Below, piece after piece: positions 1 to 8,493 of a stretch of 64,000 nucleotides of DNA. Every line of letters begins with the position of its first letter. Position 1 is the stretch's first letter. Made by a program: the position numbers and the translations under genes. The stretch comes from a virus (taxonomy: Duplodnaviria > Caudoviricetes): the IMG/VR virus record IMGVR_UViG_3300031853_000021, positions 1-64,000 of that record. One strand, written 5' to 3'. The notes beneath the pieces are model-generated. The model was not told where the DNA came from. It ran no database searches and saw only the letters and a list, made by a program, of their open reading frames with translations.

Positions 1-23
1 TCCACGGATGAGGGTGGGCGCGA

Positions 24-491
24 CTAAACAGGGTTTTCAAAAACTTTTTTGATACCCCCGTAGGGTTCCCAATGCGTCTGCAGAATCCGCTGCAGCTGTA
101 TCTGTGTTCTGTGTTTTGTGTCTTCGTCCTTGTCATACAGCGCGCTGATGATGCCGTGGTTGGAGTTGGACAAAGGGAACAGGTTCAAAGGGTCCAGGCG
201 CCTGTTCCAGTCGTCCTCAATCTCGACTATGTGATGCACCATGTCCGCGGTCGCGATCCGGTGCTGCACATGGAAGGCATAGAGGTCCAGTCCGTCGTAC
301 CGGCTTAAGATGTAGCCACGCATCGCGCGCCACTCCTTCGACACATAAAACTGCGCCGTCTTTTTGTTGCGCCGGAACAGGTTATATTCCATGTGCCTGG
401 ACATCTGTCTGCCGGCTCCTTGTGCGCATGCCGGACACTGCGCGATCCCCTGCGGGATCAGCGTCCCGCACCTGCATTTATGCCACAGCAT
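24..491 (-). CDS. HNH endonuclease (terminase-associated)
   Basis: MLWHKCRCG...DMVHHIVEIEDDWNRRLDPLNLFPLSNSNHGIIS; homolog at 39942-40409 lies next to terS; start taken at MLWHK. Confidence 0.85.
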   Translation of the reverse strand: MLWHKCRCGTLIPQGIAQCPACAQGAGRQMSRHMEYNLFRRNKKTAQFYVSKEWRAMRGYILSRYDGLDLYAFHVQHRIATADMVHHIVEIEDDWNRRLDPLNLFPLSNSNHGIISALYDKDEDTKHRTQIQLQRILQTHWEPYGGIKKVFENPV

Positions 492-623
492 CGGGCCTCC
501 TTTTTCACTGCCTGCCATACGCGCCCGGTGCCTGTCAGCTGCCGGACGCGCCTGCGTGGATGGACGAAAATGGCGCAGAAAAAAGCGGCCACGCTTTCGG
601 CGCGACCGCTTCCTCTGCAGCAA

Positions 624-680
624 TTCCACGCTATCATTCTACTTCAGGCAAACCACCAATAAAACCCCAGCTTTTCCCCA
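624..680 (-). promoter_or_regulatory. Putative late promoter with TGGGG activator-binding repeats
   Basis: TAGAAT at 641-636 with upstream TGGGGAAAAGCTGGGGTTTTA; nearly the same non-coding motif at 40547-40603; lies between activator and HNH genes. Confidence 0.6.
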
Positions 681-733
681 GCTTTTTATCATTTCGGTTT
701 TTGTTTTGATATGGTCCTGCCGGTTTTATATCT

Positions 734-1219
734 TCACCAGCTGATCCCTTCGATCCCGAAAAGCTTGACGGACATCTTCCGGATCAGTTCCTTACACCAT
801 CGTGCCGGCGTGTTCTTTCCGCAGTTCTGCAGCTCCGCGATCTCTTCGTAGCTTTTGCCCTCGACATAGTGCAGGCGGAAGGCGTCGAACTTGCAGGACA
901 TGCTTCTGTCCTGGTACTCGCTTCGAAGTTCTTCCAAAGCTCTGTCGATGTTCACGATCATCATGGCCGTCTTCAACTTTGTCCGCCTCACGCTTTCCAG
1001 GTGCGTGTCCTCGCTGATCAGCGACGCATACTGCGTGTATGCTTCCATGTCCTCCACTTCGGACACTGCCGTCTCTACGAACCTGCGCATTTCGATGTAC
1101 TGCTCCATCAGGATCCGCGTGTTGTACAGGATCCTGCCGCGCTGGATCTTCCTGTCCTCTTCAAGAACAGCCTGCACTATCTTTCTGATCTCTGCCCTGT
1201 CCTTCTGCTCCTGCTGCAT
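734..1219 (-). CDS. Late transcriptional activator (RinA/ArpU-like, sigma region 4-type HTH)
   Basis: C-terminal FRLHYVEGKSYEEIAELQNCGKNTPARW helix-turn-helix; last early gene before the packaging genes. Confidence 0.7.
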   Translation of the reverse strand: MQQEQKDRAEIRKIVQAVLEEDRKIQRGRILYNTRILMEQYIEMRRFVETAVSEVEDMEAYTQYASLISEDTHLESVRRTKLKTAMMIVNIDRALEELRSEYQDRSMSCKFDAFRLHYVEGKSYEEIAELQNCGKNTPARWCKELIRKMSVKLFGIEGISW

Positions 1220-1763
1220 ATCTGTCCGTCTGCTCCTTCAGTTCTGCCAGCCGCATGCTGAGATTGTCGGGCGGCTTTTTTATCCTGCCGCCTCTGCCCC
1301 TCGGCCTGCGTACCATCGGCATGCCGTGCATTCTCCTGTAATTGTTCGACGCCCTGGCCCGTTCCCTGTAGTACCTGCGCCATGCCTCGGCCTCTGCCTT
1401 CTGTTTTTCCGTCATGGATATGGACTCCATGACTTCCCGCACGTTGTGGATGATCTCTTCAAGTACCGGCGCCATGGCCGCGAATGCTTCCGCCATCTCT
1501 TTCGTCACCGCTTCAAGTGATGGCCGCAGCGCTTCGAATTCCTCCCTGATCGCCTGCCGTTTCGCCTCGATCTCGGACATGTCTGGTTCCGGTATTTCCG
1601 GCATGTTCAGTTTCGGCGGTTTCACTTCCGGCATCTCCGGCATGGTCAGCGGTTCCGGCACGCCTGCCCGGACATCCGCCCCGAAGAACCTTTTGACCTT
1701 TTCCCACGCCCTTCTGGCCGCTTCCTTTATCCGCATTTCCTCACCTTCTTTCTTTTCGATCAC
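1161..1763 (-). CDS. Hypothetical phage protein (probable start 1736, MRIKEAARR)
   Basis: C-terminal AWRRYYRERARASNNYRRMHGMPMVRRPR is conserved in 41143-41937. Confidence 0.6.
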   Translation of the reverse strand: MIEKKEGEEMRIKEAARRAWEKVKRFFGADVRAGVPEPLTMPEMPEVKPPKLNMPEIPEPDMSEIEAKRQAIREEFEALRPSLEAVTKEMAEAFAAMAPVLEEIIHNVREVMESISMTEKQKAEAEAWRRYYRERARASNNYRRMHGMPMVRRPRGRGGRIKKPPDNLSMRLAELKEQTDRYAAGAEGQGRDQKDSAGCS

Positions 1764-2224
1764 GAAAAAGGCAGTTCTTCGTCGATGCCGTCCGGTATAT
1801 TCATGAATCCGTCATAACCGGCGGCGCCCTCTGCCGGCGTCGGCGTGTATGCCCCGCTCTGCGCCTGGCCGCTTCCTCCGTTCTGTCTCGCGGATCCTGC
1901 CGCCTTGCTTTCTGCGAATTCCACATCTTCGCATACGACGTCCGTCGTGTAGACCTTTACGCCGTCGCGGTTCGTGTAGGAGCCTGTCTGCAGGCGTCCT
2001 GTGACGGCGATCTTTGTCCCCTTCTTGATCCACTTTTCGATAAATTCGCCAGCTTTGCCGAAGGTGACGCAGGAAGGGAAATCCGCGTTCTGCTGGCCCT
2101 CCTGCCGGCGGCCCTTTCTGTCGACCGCAAGCGTGAAACGCGCTATGCACATCTGGTCCTGCCCCTGTGTGTATCTGATATCCGGGTCGCGGGTCAGGCG
2201 CCCGATCATAATGACCTTATTCAT
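1760..2224 (-). CDS. ssb: Single-stranded DNA-binding protein
   Basis: MNKVIMIGRLTRDP...GRLQTGSYTNRDG...acidic EELPFS tail. Confidence 0.95.
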   Translation of the reverse strand: MNKVIMIGRLTRDPDIRYTQGQDQMCIARFTLAVDRKGRRQEGQQNADFPSCVTFGKAGEFIEKWIKKGTKIAVTGRLQTGSYTNRDGVKVYTTDVVCEDVEFAESKAAGSARQNGGSGQAQSGAYTPTPAEGAAGYDGFMNIPDGIDEELPFS

Positions 2225-2369
2225 CTTTTCCGCTCTCCTCCTCTGATTCTCTGATGACCTGCACGACTGCCGCCAGAATCATCAGGATCAGAGCGGCCGC
2301 CACCGCGACGGCCAGCGCGATCCCAATCAGGCCCGCCATCACGAAAAATACTCTTGCCGGTTCTGCCAT
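2217..2369 (-). CDS. Small membrane protein (50 aa)
   Basis: Read manually as MAEPARVFFVMAGLIGIALAVAVAAALILMIL...; a hydrophobic peptide sits at the same position in block B. Confidence 0.5.
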   Translation of the reverse strand: MAEPARVFFVMAGLIGIALAVAVAAALILMILAAVVQVIRESEEESGKDE

Positions 2370-2373
2370 CAGT

Positions 2374-2733
2374 TCATACATTTGCGCATTCCTCCCTGTA
2401 TTTCTCTTTAAGCCGCTCCGCCCGCTTCAGCATTTTGGCTTTCAGCCTCTGTTCTTCCTTCTGCAGGCCCTCAATGGTCTCCTGTCTGCTGTGGATGCTG
2501 ATGTGCAGCCTGATCATCCGCTGGAGCCTGCGGCGCTTCTGCACGTTCATGCTCTGTTCGTGATCGTAGACGCCCACGGTGTAGTGCTTCCCGCAGGCTT
2601 CACAGCAGAAATACTTCTCTACGACCGGGAAATAGCCGTCCCTTTCTTTGGCGATCTCCCTTGTCCACAGGTTTATCGCGGTTTCCTTGCCGCATGCGTC
2701 GCATATCACGCGGGCGCCCTCTGCCTCGTTCAT
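2374..2733 (-). CDS. Zinc-finger phage protein
   Basis: CDACG...CEACG pairs; homolog at 42549-42980. Confidence 0.7.
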   Translation of the reverse strand: MNEAEGARVICDACGKETAINLWTREIAKERDGYFPVVEKYFCCEACGKHYTVGVYDHEQSMNVQKRRRLQRMIRLHISIHSRQETIEGLQKEEQRLKAKMLKRAERLKEKYREECANV

Positions 2734-2993
2734 CGTCCGGCCTCCTTCCCGTCATCCTGAGCACCGTTCCCGTTTTCGACCGGGACACCGATCAGGTGCG
2801 CCATCATGGACGCGATGGCCACATCGAAGTGTTTTTCGATCAGGGCATATTGTCCGTTCGGCATGGTCTCCCACAGCATCGTCTGAATGTCGCGGATCGC
2901 GTGCAGGGCCTCCTGCAGGCTCTCTTCATTCAGCAGGTTCTTCACGCTGTAGGACTTTCCGGCCGGCGCTGTGAATAATTCTTTGTCTGCCAT
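2730..2993 (-). CDS. Hypothetical phage protein
   Basis: SYSVKNLLN...HFDVAIASMMAHLIGVPVE conserved in 42907-43287. Confidence 0.7.
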   Translation of the reverse strand: MADKELFTAPAGKSYSVKNLLNEESLQEALHAIRDIQTMLWETMPNGQYALIEKHFDVAIASMMAHLIGVPVENGNGAQDDGKEAGR

Positions 2994-4744
2994 CAGTCTT
3001 CGTCCTCCAGATCAATCAGTCCCAGCGATTCCGCGTCGTAGATGTCCATGACGCCGATCACTGCGTAGCCTTCCACGATCCCGCTGGAAGATCCCGCGTC
3101 GTCCACGCATGTGATGCAGGCTTTCATGGTCTTGCCTGTGTGCGCTCCATCTTTGACTGCCAGGAGCAGAAGCCGGTCGCCTTGTTTGTATGGCATCTGT
3201 TTGTCCTGCATGACGATCATGTATGGGATCCGCTGCGTGTTGATGTCGTCGAGCATCTTTTCCGACACGCGTATGGTCCGAAGCCCCCTCTGCCGGAAGG
3301 ATTTCTCGTCCGGGCCTGTTTTTGCCTTTTCTGCTTCTTTTTGGTCCTCCATCTCCTGGAGTTTCTTTTTCGTCTCGCGGTCGATCCGGTCCTGTTCCTC
3401 GCTGTATCGCTGTTCTTGGGTCTTTCTGGCCTCTTTGCGGTCGACAAAGCTGTCGCAGGTCGTGACGTTGGTCTGCTTCTGCGCACAGTGTTCATAATTG
3501 TCGCAGTTATAGCATATGCTTTCCTTTGCCTGCGGATGGGCGTCCACCAGCTCCGGCGCAGGCGTGAACAGACCCGCCGCGATGACTTTATCGGCGAAGG
3601 CCTTCCACGTGACCCGCTTGCGGCTTGCCTCCCTGCCGTCCGGGCTTTCCGCTTCCAGGCGGATTCCGACAGGGTCGCAGTTTATGTACCAGATCGACGC
3701 ATCGTGCACAGAAAAGCCCTGCCAGCCTGAACCCATGCGCCTTTTAAGCAGTTCCAGAAGTCCGGTCCTTGTGGTTTCGCTGCTGATCTGGATCCGGTCT
3801 TTTACTCTGTCCCATGCGTCGGCGATCTCCTGATCTGTCGGGTCCAGGCCTTCCGCGTACGGATCCGCAGCGGCGCCCTCTGCCTCTGCAGACTCTTTTG
3901 GATCCTCTTCCGGATCCGCTTCCGGCGCTTCGTCAGGCTGCAGGTCCTCCATGAAGTCGTCCAGCGTCATCTGGCCGTCCATTTCCTTGTCCGCCTCTGC
4001 CATCTCCGCTTTCAGGTCCCTGATCTGCTGGACGGACAACTGGTCGCCCATCATATAGCCGCCATACAGCTTCGCCTGTTCCTCGGACGGCAGGCCTGAC
4101 AGCTCGTAGGCCACGGAAAAGGCAATGTCCCCGCCCTTCAGGGCATCCCGGAAGGCGCCGATCAGGTTGTGGTCGATGGCCTCGATCTGCGCGATCTTGG
4201 TCCCGCTGATCCCTGTCAGCCTGGAGACGGCGTCGCGGATCCGGCCGCCCTCTGCCGCCGGATCATTCTGCAGGATCTGTTTGATCTGCCTGATCTCTTC
4301 GGACTGTTCTGTGAATGTCTTCTGCCGGTACTGGTTGGCGGCGATCAGGCGCAGCATCTCCTGATTGTCGTCCAGTTCTTCCCCGTCGATGATGACACAG
4401 GTCGCTTTGCAGAATTCTGTGTGTCCCTGTTCGGCCAGCATCTTCAGCGCCCGCCATCTGCGCTCGCCTGCCACGATCCTGTAGCGCTTCCCGTCTCCGT
4501 TCGGCCTGTCCACGACGGTCAGGTTCTCCATCAGACCGAAGCATTTGATCGACTGTGCCAGCTGTTCGATGTCGCTGCAGGCATAAAAGTTCCGGCTGTT
4601 GCTGTAGATCTCCCGGATGTCGATCGCGTGCGTGTCGATCCAGGCGACGGGCTTTCCTTCGATCTTTGCCTCGCAGGCCCTTTTGATCACGTCTTCCTTT
4701 GTCGGCTCCTCTGCCTGCGGCAGTGCTGTGTTATTGGTTTCCAT
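2993..4744 (-). CDS. parB: ParB N-terminal domain protein fused to a Cys-rich segment and a C-terminal ASCH/DUF3850-like domain
   Basis: GLMENLTV...YRIVAGERRWRAL ParB box; C-terminal YKQGDRLLL...TGKTMKACIT...EGYAVIG. Confidence 0.8.
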   Translation of the reverse strand: METNNTALPQAEEPTKEDVIKRACEAKIEGKPVAWIDTHAIDIREIYSNSRNFYACSDIEQLAQSIKCFGLMENLTVVDRPNGDGKRYRIVAGERRWRALKMLAEQGHTEFCKATCVIIDGEELDDNQEMLRLIAANQYRQKTFTEQSEEIRQIKQILQNDPAAEGGRIRDAVSRLTGISGTKIAQIEAIDHNLIGAFRDALKGGDIAFSVAYELSGLPSEEQAKLYGGYMMGDQLSVQQIRDLKAEMAEADKEMDGQMTLDDFMEDLQPDEAPEADPEEDPKESAEAEGAAADPYAEGLDPTDQEIADAWDRVKDRIQISSETTRTGLLELLKRRMGSGWQGFSVHDASIWYINCDPVGIRLEAESPDGREASRKRVTWKAFADKVIAAGLFTPAPELVDAHPQAKESICYNCDNYEHCAQKQTNVTTCDSFVDRKEARKTQEQRYSEEQDRIDRETKKKLQEMEDQKEAEKAKTGPDEKSFRQRGLRTIRVSEKMLDDINTQRIPYMIVMQDKQMPYKQGDRLLLLAVKDGAHTGKTMKACITCVDDAGSSSGIVEGYAVIGVMDIYDAESLGLIDLEDED

Positions 4745-5054
4745 TTTCGTCCGTTTCCTCCTTGTGCTTTATTTCCATCTCCCGCCGGAAGTATTCGTCA
4801 TATGCTTCCGTGAGGCCGAATCTGGCGATCGCTTCGAACAGGGCGAAGGTAGACGCGAACAGGACAGAGGCGCGGTCCGTCCCGTTGTGGAAGATCATGC
4901 GCCCTTCCGGCGTCGCCTCCAGGAGTACGCCCTCGTTTACCTTGTGGCTTGTGCCGTCGGCATAGTCCACTGTGAATTCCGTCTTTGACAGCTTCAGGAT
5001 CTCCGACGCCTTGATCTTTATGTGTGCTGTGCGGTCTTGTCTTTCTCTTTCCAT
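4731..5054 (-). CDS. Hypothetical phage protein
   Basis: LKLSKTEFTVDYADGTSHKVNEGVLLEA conserved in 44961-45239. Confidence 0.7.
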   Translation of the reverse strand: MERERQDRTAHIKIKASEILKLSKTEFTVDYADGTSHKVNEGVLLEATPEGRMIFHNGTDRASVLFASTFALFEAIARFGLTEAYDEYFRREMEIKHKEETDENGNQ

Positions 5055-5437
5055 GCCTTTGCTTCTCCTCCCTTCTTCAGGACGATGTCAATCATCCTTT
5101 GTTCTGCCTCCAGCTCCCGGATGGCATCGTCGGCGCTCTGCATTCTCTGCAGCAATCTGTCGCGCTTTTTCATCTGCGCTTCTGTTTCGCAGGCCATCGC
5201 CATCATCCTGTCCGCAAGCTTTAAATAATCCGCCTCCTTTTTCCGGATGGCATTGCTTGCCGCTGCCCTGCGTTTTTTCAGGGCGGTCACCTTCCTTTCC
5301 GGCAGCTTGCGCCCGCTGTTTATGATCAGGATCATGATCTGGTATTCCGGGATCAGGGTCAGTTCGTGCAGGATCGTGATCATCTGGTTCTGGTTTTGCG
5401 CCCTGTCATACCTCCACACTATTTCCTTTTCGTCCAT
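5018..5437 (-). CDS. Hypothetical phage protein
   Basis: N-terminal EKEIVWRY...QMITILHELTL resembles 45218-45499. Confidence 0.65.
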   Translation of the reverse strand: MDEKEIVWRYDRAQNQNQMITILHELTLIPEYQIMILIINSGRKLPERKVTALKKRRAAASNAIRKKEADYLKLADRMMAMACETEAQMKKRDRLLQRMQSADDAIRELEAEQRMIDIVLKKGGEAKAWKEKDKTAQHT

Positions 5438-5447
5438 CCCCGTGTCC

Positions 5448-5753
5448 TCAAATCGTTATGTTGTAATAGAGCCGCATTTCCAGATCCGCGAACTTATACA
5501 GCGGCGTGGAGTCCGGTTCCATGGGCGGCGTCAGCTCCATCTTCTTCCAGTCCCGGCATCTGATCTCCGGAACCGCCCGCAAGTCCTTCACGTCGGCGTC
5601 CAGGTCTTTCGCCGTGAGTCCCTGCCCTTCCGGATCCTCCATGATGATCGCGCGCCACCCTGCGCACAGCATCTTCTTGCCGCCGTGCGTCGTTTTGTAT
5701 ATGCGCAGGCGGTCCGGATTGTGCAGAATCTTCAGCATGTCCTTCAGTCTCAT
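5448..5753 (-). CDS. Hypothetical phage protein
   Basis: MRLKDMLKILHNPDRLRIY...PPMEPDSTPLYKFADLEMRLYY; homolog at 46310-46618. Confidence 0.7.
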   Translation of the reverse strand: MRLKDMLKILHNPDRLRIYKTTHGGKKMLCAGWRAIIMEDPEGQGLTAKDLDADVKDLRAVPEIRCRDWKKMELTPPMEPDSTPLYKFADLEMRLYYNITI

Positions 5754-6208
5754 GTCAGCTCTTTGATCCTCCCGTCTTTTATGATGGACAGGTTCGGCAC
5801 GCGCGGGACATTGTCGCGCAGTCCCGTGTTTACCCGCTTCAGGTTCACGTAATCTTCCAGGACCGCAATCGCGGCATCGGCTCCGTAGCATACGACGCAA
5901 TAGTTGCCGTACCTGGCCGCGGTGCGCAGGAAGTCCTTTTGTGAATCCTGTATTCTGCCGTCCTCATACTTCAGTTCGATGTACAGGCCGCAATAATCCG
6001 CTTTCGGGACAGGAAGATGGAGATCGGGGACGCCGGCCTTCACGCCCATGGCTTTCAGTTTCCGGCCCTCTGCCGCATTCCGGCTCCCGCCGTTCGGGAT
6101 GTGATGCAGCAGTTCCAGTTCCGGATGCCTGCGCATGTTCCAGCGCACCCAGTCCATGACCGCCATCTGTTCCGTGTCTTCGCTCCTTCGGATCATTGCC
6201 CTGTTCAT
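5750..6208 (-). CDS. VRR-NUC domain nuclease (Holliday junction resolvase-like)
   Basis: HHIPNGGSR...GVKAGVPDL...LYIELK motif. Confidence 0.88.
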   Translation of the reverse strand: MNRAMIRRSEDTEQMAVMDWVRWNMRRHPELELLHHIPNGGSRNAAEGRKLKAMGVKAGVPDLHLPVPKADYCGLYIELKYEDGRIQDSQKDFLRTAARYGNYCVVCYGADAAIAVLEDYVNLKRVNTGLRDNVPRVPNLSIIKDGRIKELT

Positions 6209-7134
6209 TACTCCTTCTTTCTCTGCGCGCGGCGCTTTATGACGCGCTCCTTCGGCGGCGGCTCCGGCCTGCGCAGTTTCGCGTATATGTAGATCCCGCC
6301 GTTTATTTCGTTCGTCCGCCTCTCTGCAGACGTGAAGACGTACCCCTGCCGCGCGTACCATTTCAGCATCTTCTGTTCGATGCAGTTTTCATCCTGCGCC
6401 ATGTCCCGGATGTCCTTGCGCGTGAATTTGTAGTGGTTGACCGTCTCGGCGGGTTTCTTCAGTCCCTTGGACGGAGTCCACTTCTTCTGTGATTTCTTCT
6501 TGCGCTCCTTTGTGATGTACTTGGCCATTCCGGTCAGGCCGTTTTCGTCCGCGTCCAGGCGCCTGACCTGGTTGCGCTTTCCCTTTACCCACAGGCGCTC
6601 GACCGTGTCCATGTCCATGTCTCCGTCCAGGACGACATGATGGTGCCATCGGCCTTCCTGCGTGCCTTCGGTCACATAGACATATCTGGCGTTTTTCAGC
6701 CCCCGCTTTTTGCGCTGGTAGTTCAGCCGCCTGATGAAGTTCTGCATGTTCTTCAGTGCTTCATCCATGGACGTCGGCATGCAGTCGTCCGTATAGGTGA
6801 AGGTCGCCCACAGGTCGCCGGATCCGAAGTTGGCGTTCAGGATCCGTTCGCACTGCTTGCGGCTGTTCTTCTCGTTCAGGTTCCGCTGTGCCCGGCGCTG
6901 TGATTCCCTCTGCGTGTCTGTCGGGATGTATGGGTTTTTGCTCTTCGGGAACTCCGGATAGATTTCCACTTCCAGCTGTGTGCCCGCCCGGATCTCCTTG
7001 GCCGCGTACCGGATCCCCTGTGACGCCGTCCTTCTGGCGTCCAGGTCCGACAGGTTTTCCATCTGCTGATTGAAGGCCTGTTCATAGTCGTACGGCTGCC
7101 CCCGGCCCGCCCTGTGTCTGCGCTTTCTGGTCAT
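6208..7134 (-). CDS. HUH-superfamily rolling-circle-type replication initiator
   Basis: Motif I LWATFTY, motif II GRWHHHVVL, motif III MAKYITK. Confidence 0.75.
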   Translation of the reverse strand: MTRKRRHRAGRGQPYDYEQAFNQQMENLSDLDARRTASQGIRYAAKEIRAGTQLEVEIYPEFPKSKNPYIPTDTQRESQRRAQRNLNEKNSRKQCERILNANFGSGDLWATFTYTDDCMPTSMDEALKNMQNFIRRLNYQRKKRGLKNARYVYVTEGTQEGRWHHHVVLDGDMDMDTVERLWVKGKRNQVRRLDADENGLTGMAKYITKERKKKSQKKWTPSKGLKKPAETVNHYKFTRKDIRDMAQDENCIEQKMLKWYARQGYVFTSAERRTNEINGGIYIYAKLRRPEPPPKERVIKRRAQRKKE

Positions 7135-7283
7135 GATTACGGTTCTCTTTACCTTTGTGCCATCGGGCTTCGCCCTCCGGCACAGAACAGGGCGCGCCTT
7201 ACGGCGCGCAATCCATCCATGTGATTATTTTTTTGGATGTGTCCTCCTGCCGGCTTTTGTGCCTGTAGCCTGTGTTCGTGGAT

Positions 7284-7307
7284 TTGTTAATATCCATTAC
7301 AAGGACG
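7284..7307 (-). other. Conserved 24-bp motif upstream of rep, candidate nick site/origin
   Basis: TTGTTAATATCCATTACAAGGACG matches 48908-48931 at 23/24 nt amid unrelated flanks. Confidence 0.55.
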
Positions 7308-7356
7308 GCATTCATTCGTGTATAACGAATGTTTGTTCGTTTGCCGTCCGCAGCGC

Positions 7357-7385
7357 TTGCATTTCTGCGGCGGGTCCGCTATCAT
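7357..7385 (+). promoter_or_regulatory. sigmaA-type promoter antisense to the early operon
   Basis: TTGCAT-17 bp-TATCAT; equivalent TTGACT-17-TATCAT at 48963-48991. Confidence 0.6.
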
Positions 7386-7391
7386 GATGTC

Positions 7392-7470
7392 GTGTTCTGG
7401 TGGCGGATCCGGTGCGCTCCGGACTGCCATATACAGGCCCGCGTGGTTTTCCATGCGGGCCTGTTCCTTT
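7392..7470 (+). ncRNA. Putative antisense small RNA upstream of rep
   Basis: Promoter, then a TCCGG/CCGGA hairpin, then terminator stem ACAGGCCCGCGTGG-TTTT-CCATGCGGGCCTGT followed by TCCTTT; same layout in block B; ends approximate. Confidence 0.5.
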
Positions 7471-7504
7471 GTATGGCTGTCCCTGCATTTTTTCGTCTCC
7501 TGTT

Positions 7505-7837
7505 TCAGATCAGCAGTACGATGGCGAAGGCGATGATCAGCGCCATGGCGCATCCCAGCACGGCAGTCTGTGCCGTCCTCTCGTGCTTTGTGTCCTCCCG
7601 CTCCCTCTCGCGGACTCTCGCCTGGACTTCCCTGGCGACGGCTGTCTGCTCTGCGATCGTCATGTGCATCTGGTCCATCTGCAGGATGCATCTGCGGGCG
7701 GCCATGCGGATCCGGAAGCCGTTCAGCTCTTCCTTCTTTGTCCCCTGCGCCCTCTGCCTCTTCTGTGCTCTTTCCATGTCTGTTCCTTCCTTTCTATTTG
7801 TTTTCCGGTTTATGGTCCTTTTCCTGCCTTCATTCAT
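7505..7837 (-). CDS. Hypothetical protein with C-terminal transmembrane helix
   Basis: ORF ending AVLGCAMALIIAFAIVLLI. Confidence 0.55.
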   Translation of the reverse strand: MNEGRKRTINRKTNRKEGTDMERAQKRQRAQGTKKEELNGFRIRMAARRCILQMDQMHMTIAEQTAVAREVQARVREREREDTKHERTAQTAVLGCAMALIIAFAIVLLI

Positions 7838-8138
7838 TCGCGCTGTCCATAAAATCGGACAGACTGCCGTCGAACAGCTCCCTGATCCCTCCTGCCTGTT
7901 TGCTTTTATCTCCTTCGTACAGCTTCACGATCGTCGGCTTTTCATCTTTGAGAACGAAAAGCGCGACGGCCGTCTTCCAGTGGCGGATGGCCTCTTGGGC
8001 CTGCTCTTCGCTTTCGGCGCTGTCTTTGATCATCTGCTGGATGGCGGACAAGGCCATGAGGGTGTCTGTTTTCAGGTCCTTCAGGCGCCCTTCCATTTCT
8101 CCCTGTACCAGGGCGCCCTTCACTTTGATGTTGATCAT
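7830..8138 (-). CDS. Hypothetical phage protein
   Basis: ORF tightly coupled within the early operon. Confidence 0.55.
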   Translation of the reverse strand: MINIKVKGALVQGEMEGRLKDLKTDTLMALSAIQQMIKDSAESEEQAQEAIRHWKTAVALFVLKDEKPTIVKLYEGDKSKQAGGIRELFDGSLSDFMDSANE

Positions 8139-8163
8139 GCCGGTGTGCTCCTTTCTGCCGTTG

Positions 8164-8493
8164 TTATCTCCTGGAGCTGTTCCAGGCGGTCCACTCCGCG
8201 TTCTCTTTGATCTCGTAGGACGTGCGCACGACTTCGTTCTCGATGATGTACATGATATTGGTCACGGTCTGGTCTTCGTTCGGGTCTGTATAGTTCAGGA
8301 TGTCGTTCGCCACGTTGTAAATGTTTTCAGGCGTCGGGTCGTTCTCTTTTACATAGTTCAGCATGTCGGTGTACTGCGCCACAGTCCCGCGCATATAGAA
8401 GTGGTGGCTGACGCACATGCTGCGGATGCCCTCTGCATCCCATTTCCTTTTCGTCAGCAGTACCGGTTCGAACATTGCTTCGTAATCCTTCAC
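8164..8493 (-). CDS. Hypothetical phage protein
   Basis: CVSHHFYMRGT...DQTVTNIMYIIENEVVRTSYEI conserved in the C-terminal part of 50483-50938. Confidence 0.7.
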   Translation of the reverse strand: MKDYEAMFEPVLLTKRKWDAEGIRSMCVSHHFYMRGTVAQYTDMLNYVKENDPTPENIYNVANDILNYTDPNEDQTVTNIMYIIENEVVRTSYEIKENAEWTAWNSSRR

